Positions 17,881 to 20,000 of a stretch of 20,000 bases of DNA are shown piece after piece. A model generated the notes under the pieces. That model did not search any database. It was given only the letters and a program-made list of their open reading frames with translations, and was not told where the DNA came from. The position numbers and the translations under genes are program-made. The DNA is from an uncultured virus (IMG/VR IMGVR_UViG_3300003937_000027) (Duplodnaviria > Heunggongvirae > Uroviricota > Caudoviricetes), in IMG/VR virus record IMGVR_UViG_3300003937_000027. One strand, given 5' to 3'. How positions within the stretch are numbered: the first letter of the stretch is position 1; each line of letters opens with the position of its first letter.

Positions 17881-18630
17881 ATGAATATATTATTAACAGG
17901 TAGTGAAGGCTTTGTTGGCCAACATTTATTTAAATATTTAAAACCCAATCATAAAATAATTTGTTTAGACAAGTTAGCAGGTAATGATTTATTATCCTGT
18001 GACTTAAAATATTCCGTAGATTTAGTTATACATCTTGCTGGTTTATCTGGCGTAAGAGATAGTTTAGAAAGATCAACAGAATATTGGATACAAAATGTAA
18101 TCGCAGGTCAAAGACTTTTTGATTATTTCAAAGACACAAGAATCCTATACGCAAGTTCATCAACAGCACACGAGCCTTGGAAAAATCCATATGCAATGAG
18201 TAAATATAGTTTGGAGCGTATTGCTCCTGCTAATAGTCTTGGTATGAGATTTACAACCATATATGGTCCTAATGCTAGAGAAAGTATGTTAATACCTAGA
18301 ATATTAAGAAATGATGTGCCTTATATTAATACAAATCATAGTAGAGATTTTATACACGTGGAAGATGTTTGTTCGGCAATTTATTCTTTAATAACACACA
18401 ATGCTATTACAGCTTATCCAAATCATACAGGTGTCATAGATGTAGGTTCTGGTACGACAAACAATCTTATAAAGTTAATTGATTACTTCAAAATTGACTG
18501 TGAGCGTGTTATAGGAGATGAGTATGAAAGAATAGATAATCTTGCCGATACTGCTATACTAAATAGTACTGGCTGGTCACCAAAGATTAATTTATATGAC
18601 TATATTAAGGAGAATAAAAATGACAACTGA
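17881..18630 (+). CDS. NAD-dependent epimerase/dehydratase (extended SDR family)
   Basis: ILLTGSEGFVG (GxxGxxG), VIHLAG, YASSS, catalytic YAMSK (YxxxK), RF.TIYGP and RDFIHV.D motifs. Confidence 0.92.
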   Translation: MNILLTGSEGFVGQHLFKYLKPNHKIICLDKLAGNDLLSCDLKYSVDLVIHLAGLSGVRDSLERSTEYWIQNVIAGQRLFDYFKDTRILYASSSTAHEPWKNPYAMSKYSLERIAPANSLGMRFTTIYGPNARESMLIPRILRNDVPYINTNHSRDFIHVEDVCSAIYSLITHNAITAYPNHTGVIDVGSGTTNNLIKLIDYFKIDCERVIGDEYERIDNLADTAILNSTGWSPKINLYDYIKENKNDN

Positions 18631-19165
18631 AATTAGTGAAGCAAGTGCAATAACTGAAGAATATTTAAAAGATAATTTTTTAACAGCGTACTTCATTGAC
18701 AATGAAAGACAAAACATAGAGATACAAACTACAACTAGAGATAAGAAACAAGTTATAACAAATATTATACCTTTTGATGAAGAAGATGTAAAATTTAAAG
18801 CACTACAAAGTGTTATGAATGTGGATCAATTACACGAGTCTACATACCAAAAAGTTAAAAACGAAAGAAAATTGTTTGAAGAAACAGTTTTAAGAATCGC
18901 AAAAAAAGATGGTATTGTTATGGACTCTGCTAAGATTGATACAAAATTTTATCCAAAAGTAATTGACGCTCTTTTTAATGATGAGGAGAATGCAGATCAT
19001 CTCTTTGCATTGAAATTAGCTGTATTTGAATTAGAAAAAATTAAAGATTCACAAGAAGAAGATTTAAAAAAACAAATAAGACAATCTAAATCTAAAACAG
19101 AAATTATAGCAAAAGTTTGTGAGATTTTACTTCCTAAACGAGATATCCCTATTGGGGATATGTAA
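18620..19165 (+). CDS. Hypothetical protein, 181 aa, charged and helical
   Basis: Start moved from 18596 to 18620, where an AAGGAG SD precedes the ATG; overlaps the epimerase 3' end. Confidence 0.8.
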   Translation: MTTEISEASAITEEYLKDNFLTAYFIDNERQNIEIQTTTRDKKQVITNIIPFDEEDVKFKALQSVMNVDQLHESTYQKVKNERKLFEETVLRIAKKDGIVMDSAKIDTKFYPKVIDALFNDEENADHLFALKLAVFELEKIKDSQEEDLKKQIRQSKSKTEIIAKVCEILLPKRDIPIGDM

Positions 19166-19652
19166 GATCCGACTTTAAAAAATATTTAGAATACCAACCA
19201 GTCCATCCTACTTCCATTATGTGGTGCATTTGACCAAGCGTACACATACTAATTTGAGATGTAGTATCAAAGGTCGCCCTTTGAGATGGTTTATTATAGA
19301 TGTAATCCTTTATTGAAGGACATACTCTACCATAAGTTTTGTATTTTATATTTTTGTAATACCATTCATCACTACCTCTTGTATAAGTGTCTATAAAATG
19401 CTTGTCATTAGCTTTAAATGTATTCCAGATGTGTGATACATCACCTGTCCAAGATACAACAGACGAATTTAAAGGTGTATGATTAGGTTCTCTCCACCAA
19501 GTATCATCTAAAAGTGTAAAATCTTTTCTAATTAAGTTGGGTAATTTATCAAAGATAATAACATCCAAATCAAAGTATAAATTTTCACCATCTCTAAATC
19601 TATCATACATTTGAAATTTATTAAACCAATTACCATATAAGTCATCTTCAAG
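19149..19652 (-). pseudogene. Glycosyltransferase-like gene (GT-A type, YFDLD motif), apparently N-terminally truncated
   Basis: The frame extends upstream of ATG 19610 as LEDDLYGNWFNKFQMYD...ENLYFDLDVII, then NSSV..W and GSDEW motifs. The in-frame stop near 19683 has no ATG after it until 19610, so the N-terminal part appears missing. Confidence 0.65.
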
Positions 19653-19987
19653 GTTAATTGAAGTATTGATGATCCAGGATATTCAATTCCTCCAACAATT
19701 GTTCTTCCTACTCTAATAATATCTCCCTTTTTTAATTGATCCCATTCTAATCCTTCAACAGTTAAATTTTCACCAGCTGATCCAGGCGTAATAGATATAC
19801 CTTCTTTTTGTAATTTAGAAATTTCTTCAATAGACCATAATAGAACTGCACGGTCAACTCCGCCATGATGTTTAGAATTTTGTTTATCATTATGAAGACC
19901 TAATTTGTGTATGGATGCTTTATCAACTTGAAGCTTTGGTACACCTCCGTTAGGATTAACATTAATATGTAGGATTTTACCGATCAT
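19650..19987 (-). pseudogene. MOSC-domain (YiiM-like) gene, C-terminally truncated
   Basis: I.HINV..GGVPK, GL..D.Q...HHGG.DRAV.LWS.E, PGSAGENLTVEG and GD...VG motifs. Similarity ends at ILQLT, before the conserved catalytic P-C. The remaining residues to 19532 are an off-frame reading of the GT gene. Confidence 0.75.
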
Positions 19988-20000
19988 TTATTTTTCTTCC

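Noticed and set aside
1..20000. tRNA, rRNA, CRISPR array, integrase/transposase, strong intrinsic terminators, alternative genetic code
   Set aside because: None recognisable by eye. Intergenic gaps are short and genes read through cleanly in the standard code. tRNAscan-SE or Infernal would be needed to exclude small RNAs.

Overview
AT-rich segment of a T4-like myovirus. Its gene order resembles marine cyanomyophages and pelagimyophages, and a GTTC-N7-GTTC box hints at an alphaproteobacterial host such as SAR11. At 1-1165 is a minus-strand, translationally coupled cluster of small early-type ORFs behind sigma70-like promoters. A divergent control region follows, with phased A/T tracts, the putative LexA box and a T4 late promoter. 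At 1405-17846 is a plus-strand late baseplate/fibre module with six TATAAATA boxes: two small basic proteins, PAAR spike, gp25, gp6, gp7-like, a gp9/gp10-type fibre, gp8, a 2025-aa VrlC/DUF4815-like protein, a small coiled-coil protein, a second fibre and a protein built from three internal repeats. The right end has an NAD-dependent sugar epimerase, a hypothetical protein and a convergent glycosyltransferase-like gene whose N-terminus is replaced by a C-terminally truncated MOSC gene at about 19650. The best candidates for new biology are (i) a possible modular fibre-docking system (shared fibre C-termini, a pseudo-trimeric partner, triplicated docking peptides), (ii) a host LexA operator in a T4-like phage control region, and (iii) the MOSC/GT break point. 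All family calls come from motif recognition, with no database search.
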